From contig JAVJSW010000046.1 in NCBI GenBank assembly GCA_040219255.1, positions 1 through 64,000 on the forward strand: a stretch of DNA of 64,000 nt, written 5' to 3'. Positions 40,201 to 49,136 of the stretch are shown here, piece after piece (position 1 is the first letter of the stretch; every line of letters starts with the position of its first letter). Made by a program: the position numbers and the translations under genes. The notes under the pieces were generated by a model, which was given only the letters and a program-made list of their open reading frames with translations, had not been told where the DNA came from and did not search any database. Origin of the DNA: Sumerlaeia bacterium. GTDB taxonomy: Bacteria; Sumerlaeota; Sumerlaeia; SLMS01; JAHLLQ01.

Positions 40201-40500
40201 GTCGCGGCTGGTCTGGAATTGAATGCGGATGCTGCTGACTTCGTTGCGGCTGGTGGATTCGATGACGTCCACGCCGCGGATACCGCTGATGACTTCCTCG
40301 AGCCTTTCGGTGATTTCCGCGTCCATCACGGAGGCCGCGGCGCCGCGATAGAAGGTCTGCACCGTCACGATCGGCGGGTCGATGTCCGGGTACTGGCGCA
40401 CCGGCAACCGCAGCAGCGCTGCCACGCCGAGCACAATCAACAGCAAGCCGGCCACGAGCGACAGCACCGGCCGGCGGACGGGAAGCGAGGCGCCTTGCAT
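37279..40500 (-). CDS. RND efflux transporter permease (AcrB/MexW-like)
   Basis: RRPV, QYPDID, GLVVDDAIVVIEN, KNSILVVEFA and RLRPVLMT. Confidence 0.95.
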   Translation of the reverse strand: MQGASLPVRRPVLSLVAGLLLIVLGVAALLRLPVRQYPDIDPPIVTVQTFYRGAAASVMDAEITERLEEVISGIRGVDVIESTSRNEVSSIRIQFQTSRDIDLAAVDVRESVNQVINELPDRAERPIVEKADTGGGSAMMWITLTSDKRSPLELTDFAERNLVDPLSIVNGVARVLVGGERRYAMRVFLDREAMAARDVTVSDVTDALRRENVELPAGRIEGGTRETVVRATTRFARPEEFRSMVVRDAGDEQGRVLLEDVAEVRIGPANVRSLVLENRKEAIGLGIIRQTDANTLTVAQNVRDQLDQLRATVPPDIAFSVSYDQSLYIEESIRQVLLTMAIALGLVIAVIFFVLGSFRATIIPAITIPVSILATFSVLFVLGFSINVLTLLAVILAIGLVVDDAIVVIENIYRRLEMGEPRLLATVNGVREVGFAVIATTAVLVAVFVPISFQSGRIGRLFTEFGLTLAFAVIFSSFVALTLTPTLCSKILRADKLKNFVGRWVDKGFQVLERFYSALLGLILKAAWLAPLVILGGFAAVYFLYRAVPQELAPTEDRGTFYVVIEGPQGNTLASTREVVEQVLAILAPYGTNDFARGRGGDFESGEAAAQEDPGNGKDQPPRIIDRVISILAPGGAQSTPVNEAFLIVKLVPWGERDMSQMELVERLRPQLMGLPGAQVIPVNPPGFNLRGTNQPVQFVVQGPNYDTVKDWGEQVLNAARQIPAIQNPRMNLESTKPQLEVTVNRELAADLGIDARTIGETLGTLFGTREVTDYVDRNELYDVIVEARPSDKNAPEDLRNVFVRVPETGRLIPLASLVETRLIGAPQAYRGVNKLSAATITASLAEGTSLGNALNRLESRAEELLPEQARFTYLGQAREYRESAQRIYYVFAFALVLAYLVLAAQFESFLDPLTILSAVPLALVGALGALLIFGGTLNVYSQIALVMLIGLMAKNSILVVEFANQLRNRESSLRDATREAAKVRLRPVLMTSASTLLGALPLVLASGAGAEGRQAIGLVIISGIVVATLMTLFLVPPLYLVLGRFTKPRAEQERELARQREEAEKSEEQNPE

Positions 40501-41657
40501 CAGGAGGGCCGCTTTCCGCCGCCGCCCTGGCCCGCGCCGCCGGATGGCTTCTCGGTCGTAACCGGCATGCCTTCCGTCAGGTTCTGCGTGCCCTGGACAA
40601 TCACGGCGTCATCGGGGGCCAGGCCTTCGCGAATTTCGACCATGCCTTCGCGGCGGTGGCCGGTGGTCACTTCGCGGCGGCTGGCCTGGCCGTCCGCGAT
40701 GACAAAGACGTATTTCGAGTCGCCGCGCAGAATCAGCGCCGACTCCGGCACCTGGATCGCATCCGCGCGCCGCTCCACGACCAACTCGACCTGCACGAAC
40801 ATGCCCGGTTTGAAGAGCCCATCGCCGTTGTCGAAGTGCGCTTCGGCGGGGATCTGACGGGTTTGGGGATCGACGCGGTTATCGACCGTGACGACTTCGC
40901 CTTCGACGCGCTCGTCTTTCAGAGCCTGGGGCGAGGCATAAACCGTGCGGCCCGGTTCGAGGATGGTGAGGTATTCCTCCGGCACGGCGAAGAGTACCTC
41001 CATCGGATCGAGCGTCCGCAGCGTGGTGATGACCGTTCCGGGCTCGACCAGCGATCCGGGTGAAACGCGACGCAGGCCGAGCTGGCCGGAAAACGGCGCC
41101 CGGATCGTGTAGTCGTCCAGCCGCTCCTCCAACTCGGCGAGTTCGGCGCGTGTCGTTTCGTATTCCGTTTGCCGGTCCTCGTATTCAGCCGCCGAGATCA
41201 CCCCTCCTTCGAACAACTCCTCCGCCCGCGCCGCGTCCTTCCGCCGATTCGCCGTTTGCTCCTCCAGCTTCTCCAAGCGTGCGCGGAGCGTTGAAGCGTC
41301 GAGGCGCAGCAGCAACTCGTCATCCTCTGCATACTCGCCTTCGGTGAAAGCGATCTCGGCGACGATGCCGCTGACTTCGGCGGTGATGTCGGCCGATTCG
41401 ACGGCCTTCGCGGTGCCGACGCTTTCGATGGTGACCTGGATGTCAGAGACGGTGGGCTCTTCGGCGATGACGTATTGAGCGCGAGGGCCGCTCTGTTGTT
41501 CAGCGCCGCCGCCTTCGCCCTGCTGGCCGGGGGCTTGGCGCTGCTCTGCCGATGATTGGCCGGCAGAATCGCCGCCGGAGCCATTCTCCGTCCCGGAGCA
41601 AGCGCTCAACGCGACGGCGGCGATCAGGGTTATGATGGGGACGGAAAAGCAATTCAT
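40500..41657 (-). CDS. RND periplasmic adaptor (MFP), lipoprotein
   Basis: Lipobox LSAC, IRAPFSG, VDPQTR and KPGMF. Confidence 0.92.
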   Translation of the reverse strand: MNCFSVPIITLIAAVALSACSGTENGSGGDSAGQSSAEQRQAPGQQGEGGGAEQQSGPRAQYVIAEEPTVSDIQVTIESVGTAKAVESADITAEVSGIVAEIAFTEGEYAEDDELLLRLDASTLRARLEKLEEQTANRRKDAARAEELFEGGVISAAEYEDRQTEYETTRAELAELEERLDDYTIRAPFSGQLGLRRVSPGSLVEPGTVITTLRTLDPMEVLFAVPEEYLTILEPGRTVYASPQALKDERVEGEVVTVDNRVDPQTRQIPAEAHFDNGDGLFKPGMFVQVELVVERRADAIQVPESALILRGDSKYVFVIADGQASRREVTTGHRREGMVEIREGLAPDDAVIVQGTQNLTEGMPVTTEKPSGGAGQGGGGKRPS

Positions 41658-41743
41658 GGCAGGCAATAACAAGGGACGGGACTGGCCACGAGGGCCGCCC
41701 GAAGCATCGACTCAAGAAGCTTGCCAGCAGGGGAGAGTCGAAC

Positions 41744-42628
41744 CTAAGTCTCTTGCACAGAAGCCACCACGCGGAGCAACTGGTCCAGCTCGGCGCGGCT
41801 TCGCATGCCGACAGTCAGGCAGTCCAGCAGGCCGCACTCGATGGCGTGGCGGATGCCCTCTTCCACATCGGCGGCGCCCCGGATGGCGCCCGCCGCCAGG
41901 ATCTTCATCCCGATCACGCCGGCGCCGCGCTCCCGGAATTCCCCAAGCACGGACTTCACCGTTTCCAGGTCGCCGTCCATCTGGCGCTCCCACGGATTCA
42001 GCCGCGCCAGGTCCACCTCGACCCAGGGCTCGCGGGCGGCGGTGCGCAAGGCGCCCAGCGAGTGGCAACTGACGCCGTGGGCGCCGACGATCCCGTTGGC
42101 TTTCGCCTCCGAAAGCACGTCCATGGCGCCTCGGTGGCTCACGTTCCAGTCGGCGGAAACTTCGCAGTGGAGCAGCACCACATCGAGCCGGTCGGTGCCG
42201 ATTTCCTTGCGAAAGCGGTCGAGGTCGGCGCGCATTTCCGCCGCCGTTCGCGCGTGGGTCTTGGTCAGGATGAAGACCTTCTCGCGGGGGATCGTGCCGC
42301 CCCCGGAGGTCAGCGCCGCCCGCATGTGACCGTGCGATCCGTACTGATCGGCCAGATCGAAAAACGTCACGCCGCGGTCGTGGGCGTACTCCAGCAGTGA
42401 AACGAGTTCGCGGCGCCCCAGTTCCGTCTGCGCCGAGCGGCCGCCCCAGCCGTTGGTGCCGGTTCCGATGCCCAGCAGCGAGCAGCGCAGGCCGGTGGCG
42501 CCGAGGGTGCGCTCGGGAAGGCGATAGCTATCAAGGTCCGGGGCTTGCGCGTCGGCGGTCCGCAGGGCGGTTCCGCCAACAAGAAGACAGCCGAGGGTGC
42601 TGAGGAATCGGCGGCGGCTGATGGTCAT
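41744..42628 (-). CDS. Aldo/keto reductase with twin-arginine signal
   Basis: MTISRRRFL, LGIGTG, FDLADQYG, TK, LLH, GVSCH and GMK. Confidence 0.88.
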   Translation of the reverse strand: MTISRRRFLSTLGCLLVGGTALRTADAQAPDLDSYRLPERTLGATGLRCSLLGIGTGTNGWGGRSAQTELGRRELVSLLEYAHDRGVTFFDLADQYGSHGHMRAALTSGGGTIPREKVFILTKTHARTAAEMRADLDRFRKEIGTDRLDVVLLHCEVSADWNVSHRGAMDVLSEAKANGIVGAHGVSCHSLGALRTAAREPWVEVDLARLNPWERQMDGDLETVKSVLGEFRERGAGVIGMKILAAGAIRGAADVEEGIRHAIECGLLDCLTVGMRSRAELDQLLRVVASVQET

Positions 42629-42819
42629 GGCGGGCTCCTTTCGGCGTATTTCAGACACAGTGTTTCCCGGGATTGGAGGAAAAGCAAGGTTCGTTCGAAT
42701 CGCGTGAGGCCCCGCGCGAGCCCGCGAGGGTGTGGAAAACCCCGTTGACGCCCCTATGACAACACGGAACAACGGCCACAGAATTCTGCCATTTTCAGGG
42801 AGTACACATTCCGTAAGTC

Positions 42820-43959
42820 ATGAAAATTCACGAGTATCAGGCCAAACAAATCCTGGCGAGCTATGGCGTTCCGACGCCCAAAGGCGAAGTCGCCGCCACC
42901 CCCCAAGAGGCCGAACGAGCCGCCACAGCGATCGGAACCTTTCCGGTCGTGATCAAGGCCCAGGTGCACGTGGGTGGCCGCGGTAAGGCCGGCGGCGTCA
43001 AGCTGGCCAAGAGCGCCGAGGAAGCCCGCGCCCACGCCGAAGCCATTCTGGGCATGGATATCAAGGGCTCGGTGGTGCAGAAGGTCCTCGTGGAGCCCGG
43101 CGCCGACATCAAGACCGAGATTTACCTGGGAATGATTCTCGACCGCGCCACGAAGTCGGCGGTCATCATGGCGTCCGCCGAGGGCGGCGTCGAAATCGAG
43201 GAAGTGGCCAAAGTCGCTCCCGAGAAGATCCTGAAGCTCTCGATCCCCCCGACGGTGGGCCTGCGTGGCTATCACGTCGTGCGCGTCGCTGAATTCCTCG
43301 ACATCCCCGCCTCGGGCTTCAAGTCCTTCCGCGCGATCCTCTCCGGCCTGGCCAAGTCTTTCTTCGAGAAGGATTGCTCGCTTGCGGAAATCAACCCGCT
43401 GGTCATCACCGGCTCTGGCGATGTGGTCGCTCTGGACGCCAAGATGAACTTCGACGACAACGCCATCGGGTCCCACCCGGACATCGAAGCGTTGCGCGAC
43501 GACGCGGAGGAAGAGCCTCTGGAAGTCAAAGCCCGCGAAAAGAAACTCAATTACGTCAAGCTCGATGGTCAGATCGGCTGTATCGTCAACGGCGCCGGTC
43601 TCGCGATGTGTACCATGGACGTGGTCAAGCACTTCGGCGGGTCGCCGGCCAACTTCCTCGACATCGGCGGTGGCGCCAAGGCCGAGCAGGTGGCCGACGC
43701 GCTCCAGCTCATCACCTCGGACAAAGCCGTGAACACCATCTTCGTCAACATCTTCGGCGGCATCGTGCGTTGCGATCTCGTGGCGGAAGGCATTCTGACG
43801 GCGCTGAAGATGCTGCCCGACTTCAACGTGCCGATCGTTATCCGCCTCTCCGGCACCAACGAAGCCGAGGCCCGCAAGATGCTGGAAGGCACGGAACTGA
43901 CCATGGCGGCCGACATGCCCGAAGGCGCCCAGAAAGCCGTGGCCATCAGCAAACGCTGA
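42820..43959 (+). CDS. sucC: Succinyl-CoA synthetase beta subunit
   Basis: MKIHEYQAK, KAQVHVGGRGKAGGV, EINPL and NGAGLAM...NFLDIGGG. Confidence 0.97.
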   Translation: MKIHEYQAKQILASYGVPTPKGEVAATPQEAERAATAIGTFPVVIKAQVHVGGRGKAGGVKLAKSAEEARAHAEAILGMDIKGSVVQKVLVEPGADIKTEIYLGMILDRATKSAVIMASAEGGVEIEEVAKVAPEKILKLSIPPTVGLRGYHVVRVAEFLDIPASGFKSFRAILSGLAKSFFEKDCSLAEINPLVITGSGDVVALDAKMNFDDNAIGSHPDIEALRDDAEEEPLEVKAREKKLNYVKLDGQIGCIVNGAGLAMCTMDVVKHFGGSPANFLDIGGGAKAEQVADALQLITSDKAVNTIFVNIFGGIVRCDLVAEGILTALKMLPDFNVPIVIRLSGTNEAEARKMLEGTELTMAADMPEGAQKAVAISKR

Positions 43960-44159
43960 ACCCCGGTCCGGCCCTCACTGGGACGAGATTTTGTTTAATG
44001 ACGAAGTTCTACTGAGACGAGACACTCAATAACTTGTGTCTTACTCTAAGGTCAGCCCTCCCGCTCGCTTCCTTCAACAAGGAGCCTCCTGCTCAGGCCA
44101 CAGCGCGCGGCGAGCGGGACGGGCTCTTCCTCCCAAGGGAGAGTGCCCCCGCACACAAA

Positions 44160-44197
44160 GAAGAACCCCGCCTTCTTGGATGGAGGCGGGGTTCTTC
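44160..44197. terminator. Hairpin terminator between convergent sucC and rpsN
   Basis: GAAGAACCCCGCCTTC / GGAGGCGGGGTTCTTC stem. Confidence 0.7.
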
Positions 44198-44228
44198 GCG
44201 ATGATCTTGCCTCGAAGCGGAAGCGGCC

Positions 44229-44534
44229 TTACCAGCTCGACTTGGTAACTCCGGGGAGCTGGCCCTGATGGGCGAGGGCGCGGAACTGGTGGCGGCACAG
44301 GCCGAAGTCGCGAATGTAGGAGCGGGCGCGGCCGGTGATCACGCAACGATTCTTGATGCGGGTCGGGGACGCATCGCGGGGAAGGCTCTGCAGTTCGCGC
44401 TGGGCGGCGTAAGCTTCCTCGGGGGAGGTGCTTGCGTTCTTGATGATCGCCTTGAGAGCGGCGCGGCGGGCGCGGTAATGCTCCACCGTGCGAATGCGCT
44501 TCTTGTTGCGGGCGACTTGACTGGTCTTAGCCAT
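44229..44534 (-). CDS. rpsN: 30S ribosomal protein S14, long 101-aa form
   Basis: [19 protein letters not shown]...FGLCR...[16 protein letters not shown]. Confidence 0.96.
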   Translation of the reverse strand: MAKTSQVARNKKRIRTVEHYRARRAALKAIIKNASTSPEEAYAAQRELQSLPRDASPTRIKNRCVITGRARSYIRDFGLCRHQFRALAHQGQLPGVTKSSW

Positions 44535-44855
44535 GTGATCTCCAAAAAATCGAGGGGGGTGAGGTGGTCTTCGCGGTTTCGAGGCAAAGGTCAAAACCTG
44601 GGGAAAACTCGCGGTTTTCCCTCATAGAGCGCCAAACCAAAGCGATAAAGCCCCCCTCGCGTCAAGCCCCGAATCTCGACACCCCCTCTTTTAATGGGCG
44701 CCCGCCCGCATCCGTCCCATCCTAGAGAACCGATTGACGTGGCCCTTCCTGTCACAAGACTGGACCGCAAGATCATAGGCTGGGGGGAATCCCCCATCTT
44801 CGCCGCAACGACCCCGGCGGCGGGCCAGCCGTCGTAAACCAGGAGAACCGATCCC

Positions 44856-47657
44856 GTGCCCCGGCAACTTACTTCTCGCCTTTTGTTGACCCTTCTGTTC
44901 TTCCAAGCCGCCTTGGCGGCGCCTCCCGCGGCCTTTGCCGGCGCCGAGTTCCAACTCGTTTCCTGGGAGCGGACCGAAAAAAACGATCGCGCCCAGGTCG
45001 CCGTCCAGTTCCGCACGGACTCCAGTCGTCAGGGCGCCTTCGCAGCCGAGCCCATTTTCCTCGATGACTTCCATGCCCGGGAAGCGGGAGCGTCCGTCGC
45101 CTATTCCATGCCGCAAGAGAGCCCCCGGCGCTCGTTTCTCCTGGCCGTCCCCGGCCTCGACCAAAGCCGCGAGTCCGGAGGCTGGAAGGCCAGCGCCCCC
45201 TGCGGAGACTGCGTTTCCGCCAAGGCCGTCCGCGTGGCCGGCGTCGATGCGTTGCAGGTGACGGTGGATGCGTCCAAGGCGAAGGACCCCGCCTTCGAAA
45301 TTTTGCTCTCCGGACCCGCTTCGGCGGGCAAATCGAACTCCGAAACGGAGGAATCGCCGGATTGGGTCCGGGCGCTCTTTCTCAATCCGGACGACGCCGG
45401 AATGACCGGCACGGCCGGGAAAGGCGGCGCTTCGAACCCCGCGCCTCCGGACCCGCCCGGGGACACCCGCGTCGCCTACGTCGAGGGCGACCGCGTGCTG
45501 CGCGTCTCCCTGGCGTCGCTTGGCTTGTCGCCGGGCGACCTGGGCACCGCGGCCTTCGTTCACCACGGAGACGTCTTGCCTTATGGCGGCGTTCTCGGGG
45601 GCGACGTCTGGCTTTACGCGCCACGCCGCGTCACGCTTTCGGACAAGCGCGACGCCATTTTCGCAGACGTCACGCCAGCGGCGCCGTCGCCGGCGATGCT
45701 CGAGATCCCAGCCTTCGACACTCTGACCGCCGCGAATGTGGAGGTGGAGCAGGAACGTTCACGCCTTTTCGAGGACAACTCAGGCCGTTACGAGCGCTTC
45801 CTGGACGCCCCGGCGGGCGAGCGCTTTGGCTTCTTCCGCATTCAGAACCCCGCCAACTCGACTTGGAAGGCCACGGAAACCATTTCGCTCGATATTTCCG
45901 ACGAACTGACCACGCCCGAACTGACCTACGAGATCCTCGCCTATGGCGTAAACCAGACCGTCGGCGTCAGTCCCGATCACGAGAACGAATTCACGGTGGC
46001 TGGCGAAGTTCTTCCGCTGCTGCGATGGGAAGGTCAGAACGCGGCGACGCTGACCGGCACCGTGGCGCTCGCCTCCCCGCCGACGCCCTCCGGCAGCATC
46101 TCCTTCGTCACCCGGGTGCTGGCGCCCGCAACGAACATCGACATTCAGGTGCTCGACAAAATCACGCTGGGCTGGACCGGCTATCCGCGGCTGAATCAGG
46201 CCGGCCTGGGGGAATTGGACCTGCCCGCCGCGGGTGCGCCACGCCTCGTCACCATCTCCGGTATTCCGGCGGGCACCGCCGCCGCCGACATCTACCTGCT
46301 CGATGTGACGGACTCGAAGACCCCGCGCCGCCTCACGGGCTTCAACCTCTTCACCGACGGCAGCGGTCTGGGCACTCTGGCGGCGGAATTCGAAGCTCCC
46401 GCCGCGCCGTCTCGGTTTTTCATCCAAACCGTCTCGACCTTTGAAACACCCTCGGAAATCGTCCCCGCCCGCAGCCTCCCCGCGCCGCTGCCGGTAACGG
46501 AAAAGCTGCGGCGCATCTACGTTCGTGACGACGCTCTGGCGGCGTCGCTGGCGCCTCTCGTGACTCTTCGGGGCGAGGGCACCCTCGCCTTCGATCCGGA
46601 AGCCGCCTACGACGTCTACGGCGGTGGTCAGCAATCACCGGAGGCCATCCGCCAGGCCCTGGCGCATTACATCACGACCGCCGCCGACCGCCTTCCCCTG
46701 CCAGTGGTCTTGCTGGTGGGCCACGGCTCCTATGACCGGAGGGATTACCTCGGTCTCCAGAGCGGGTTCCAGATTCCTCCCTTCGTCGAGGAAGGCTCGC
46801 TGACAACCCTCGGCACCGTGGAAGACTCGGTGGACCTGAGGTTCGGCCTGCTCGAAGGCGCCGACGACCTGATGGACGCCCAAGTCGGCCGCCTGCCGGT
46901 GAAGACGGCGCCCCAACTCGACATTGTCGTGGATCGGTTGCTGGACTATGAGGCGCTGGTCCCGGCGCTGCGCGAAGAGGACCGCCTTGGCCTGATCGTT
47001 CTCGACAACAATGACGGCGCCGGCGACTTCCAGGGCGACGGTCCGTACTGGATCGCCCAGTGGGAAACGACTGGCCGGCCCTCGCAGCTGCTGACGCTGG
47101 AAACACAATCCACCACCGCGGTCCGCAACGGCATCGACTCCGCCATGGAGGGCGCGGACGGCGGGGTGAACTTCGCGTTCTATGTAGGCCATGGGAATTT
47201 CAACACTTGGGCTGGGGAGCAAATCCTGACGCAAACCCTGATCGACAACATCGACACCCAGAACAAGTGGCCGATCGTGGCCACTTTCACGTGCCTGAAC
47301 CACTTCTTCGCATTCCCCGGTCTGCCGTCGCTTTCGCTCGGCGAGGCATGGATGCTGGCGACGCCGAACCGGGGGGCGGTGGCCAGCATCGCGCCCTGTG
47401 GTTTCGACGCCTATTCGAGCCATCTCCCGCTGGCGATCGGCATGGTGGATCAGTTCGCCTTGGCCCCCGGCGCCCGGCCGAAACGCATCGGCGAGTCCCA
47501 CACCCGCAACATGATCCAATACGCCCTCGATTACCCGTCGGAATCGCGGCTCAAGGTCGCCCGCAGCTACCTGCTCTTCGGCGATCCGGAGGTGGATTGG
47601 ACCATCGATCCGCCGAACGCGGGCCTGCAGTCACACTGGATGGTGTTGGGAGAATAG
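44856..47657 (+). CDS. Secreted C25 (gingipain-family) cysteine peptidase domain protein
   Basis: Signal peptide, LLVGHGSYD, VGRLPV, FYVGHG, TFTCLN and LFGDP. Confidence 0.85.
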   Translation: MPRQLTSRLLLTLLFFQAALAAPPAAFAGAEFQLVSWERTEKNDRAQVAVQFRTDSSRQGAFAAEPIFLDDFHAREAGASVAYSMPQESPRRSFLLAVPGLDQSRESGGWKASAPCGDCVSAKAVRVAGVDALQVTVDASKAKDPAFEILLSGPASAGKSNSETEESPDWVRALFLNPDDAGMTGTAGKGGASNPAPPDPPGDTRVAYVEGDRVLRVSLASLGLSPGDLGTAAFVHHGDVLPYGGVLGGDVWLYAPRRVTLSDKRDAIFADVTPAAPSPAMLEIPAFDTLTAANVEVEQERSRLFEDNSGRYERFLDAPAGERFGFFRIQNPANSTWKATETISLDISDELTTPELTYEILAYGVNQTVGVSPDHENEFTVAGEVLPLLRWEGQNAATLTGTVALASPPTPSGSISFVTRVLAPATNIDIQVLDKITLGWTGYPRLNQAGLGELDLPAAGAPRLVTISGIPAGTAAADIYLLDVTDSKTPRRLTGFNLFTDGSGLGTLAAEFEAPAAPSRFFIQTVSTFETPSEIVPARSLPAPLPVTEKLRRIYVRDDALAASLAPLVTLRGEGTLAFDPEAAYDVYGGGQQSPEAIRQALAHYITTAADRLPLPVVLLVGHGSYDRRDYLGLQSGFQIPPFVEEGSLTTLGTVEDSVDLRFGLLEGADDLMDAQVGRLPVKTAPQLDIVVDRLLDYEALVPALREEDRLGLIVLDNNDGAGDFQGDGPYWIAQWETTGRPSQLLTLETQSTTAVRNGIDSAMEGADGGVNFAFYVGHGNFNTWAGEQILTQTLIDNIDTQNKWPIVATFTCLNHFFAFPGLPSLSLGEAWMLATPNRGAVASIAPCGFDAYSSHLPLAIGMVDQFALAPGARPKRIGESHTRNMIQYALDYPSESRLKVARSYLLFGDPEVDWTIDPPNAGLQSHWMVLGE

Positions 47658-47678
47658 CTCTGGGCGCCGGGCGCTCCG

Positions 47679-48929
47679 TCAGCTCCCCGCTTTGCCAAAG
47701 TCCGCCGCGTCGGTTGATTCCTGCGGCGGCGCGGCATCTCCATGGGGTTGGCCGTCCTGACCCTGCTGCTGTTGCAGGGCTTTCTGGCGGGCCGCTTCTT
47801 TCGATGGCGGCAGCATAGCGAGGCCCTCGCGCTGGCCGTCTTCGCCTTCGATGGAGACGATGCGGCGAATCTCGTCCTTCTTGAACCCGAGCGCCGTCGG
47901 GCAGTGCGTGTTCTGAATCGCCTGCACGTCGTAGAGTTCGATGACGACGCCCTCGAGTTCCATCCAGTGGGCCATGTCGCCGGTGCGCAGATCGACGACC
48001 ATCAAGCCGCAGCGCGCGTCCGTGTCTTTCTGCTTCAATTTTTCATCGAGCGGCAGGCCGGAGAAGGTGCGCTCTTTGCGGCATTTTGACATGCCCACGA
48101 TGGCGTAGTGGCCATGGAAGGCCAGTCCGCGCAGGTAGCCGGGGCAGAAGGCGACAGGCACGAACTTCTTCTGTTCCTTATCGACATAGCCCAACTCGCC
48201 TTCGCCGCTGTTCAGGACCCAAAGTTTGTCCTGGTACAAACGGGGCGAGTGAGGCATCGACAGGCCTTCGCAGACGACCTCGCCGGTGCGCACATCCATC
48301 ACGATGCCACCTCCGGTGCGGCGGTCGCGCCAGCCATGGTACACATCGGAGCGGCTGACGGCGGTCACGTAGGCCGGTTCGCCGTCTTCCATCGCGAGGC
48401 CATTGAGATGGCATCGGTCCTCGGGCACCAGCTTGCTGATGAAGGGCGGCTTCCAGATCGGCTTGAAACTGTGGTCTTCACTGAGCGTGGCCAGACAGCA
48501 GTAAGTCGTGCTGACGAAAATCGGGCGGCCGTTCTTGTCGATGGCGATGTCGTGCGTGTCGAGTTCGCCGGTGGTGTAGCCGACGCGGGGGACGTACAGC
48601 TTGTCGTAGGTTTTCTGGTAAACCTCACCGGGCGTCAGAATGTTCTGAAACTTCCAGATTTGGAAGCGGGTCGCCAGATACATCGTGTCGTCTTTGGAGT
48701 AGAGCCCCATGGCGCGGTCAAAGAGGCGCTCGAAGACCGAAAGGCGGCCGTTGGGCTTCACGCCCAGGAGGAACAGACGGCAGGATTGATAGGTGGTGAA
48801 CCCGATACTAAGCTTTTCTTCGAGAAGCCATTGGGCGAAATTGCGCGAGAAGGACGAGCGCAGCGGCGGCTCTTTCGGCTCGCTCGCGGCGGGCTGTTGA
48901 TTCGTTACGGCGGGGGCTTGATCGGTCAA
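47679..48929 (-). CDS. TIGR03032/DUF4915 family protein
   Basis: TTYQ, FDRAMG, TGELDTHD, EDRCHLNGLA, LSMPHSPR and PGYLRGL. Start uncertain. Confidence 0.85.
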   Translation of the reverse strand: MTDQAPAVTNQQPAASEPKEPPLRSSFSRNFAQWLLEEKLSIGFTTYQSCRLFLLGVKPNGRLSVFERLFDRAMGLYSKDDTMYLATRFQIWKFQNILTPGEVYQKTYDKLYVPRVGYTTGELDTHDIAIDKNGRPIFVSTTYCCLATLSEDHSFKPIWKPPFISKLVPEDRCHLNGLAMEDGEPAYVTAVSRSDVYHGWRDRRTGGGIVMDVRTGEVVCEGLSMPHSPRLYQDKLWVLNSGEGELGYVDKEQKKFVPVAFCPGYLRGLAFHGHYAIVGMSKCRKERTFSGLPLDEKLKQKDTDARCGLMVVDLRTGDMAHWMELEGVVIELYDVQAIQNTHCPTALGFKKDEIRRIVSIEGEDGQREGLAMLPPSKEAARQKALQQQQGQDGQPHGDAAPPQESTDAADFGKAGS

Positions 48930-49136
48930 GGGTTCACCATCCCGGATGAGAATGAAAAGGGCACCGCGAGGGCGAATCGGCGGTCCGGTGGCTCGCCGGT
49001 TGCTCCGTGCCTGGGGGAGAGAGGCGCGAGTATGGGAGTTTTCCGAGCTTTCAGCGCAACCGGGAATTGACCCCCGGAATCGAATCGGCGGGAGTGACGA
49101 CCCCAACGATTCGTATCTGAAGGACTACGCGGCGGC

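Noticed and set aside
44040-44130. SRP RNA (GAAGGAAGC on the minus strand)
   Set aside because: The conserved domain IV context (CAGG...GGAA...AGCAG) is missing.
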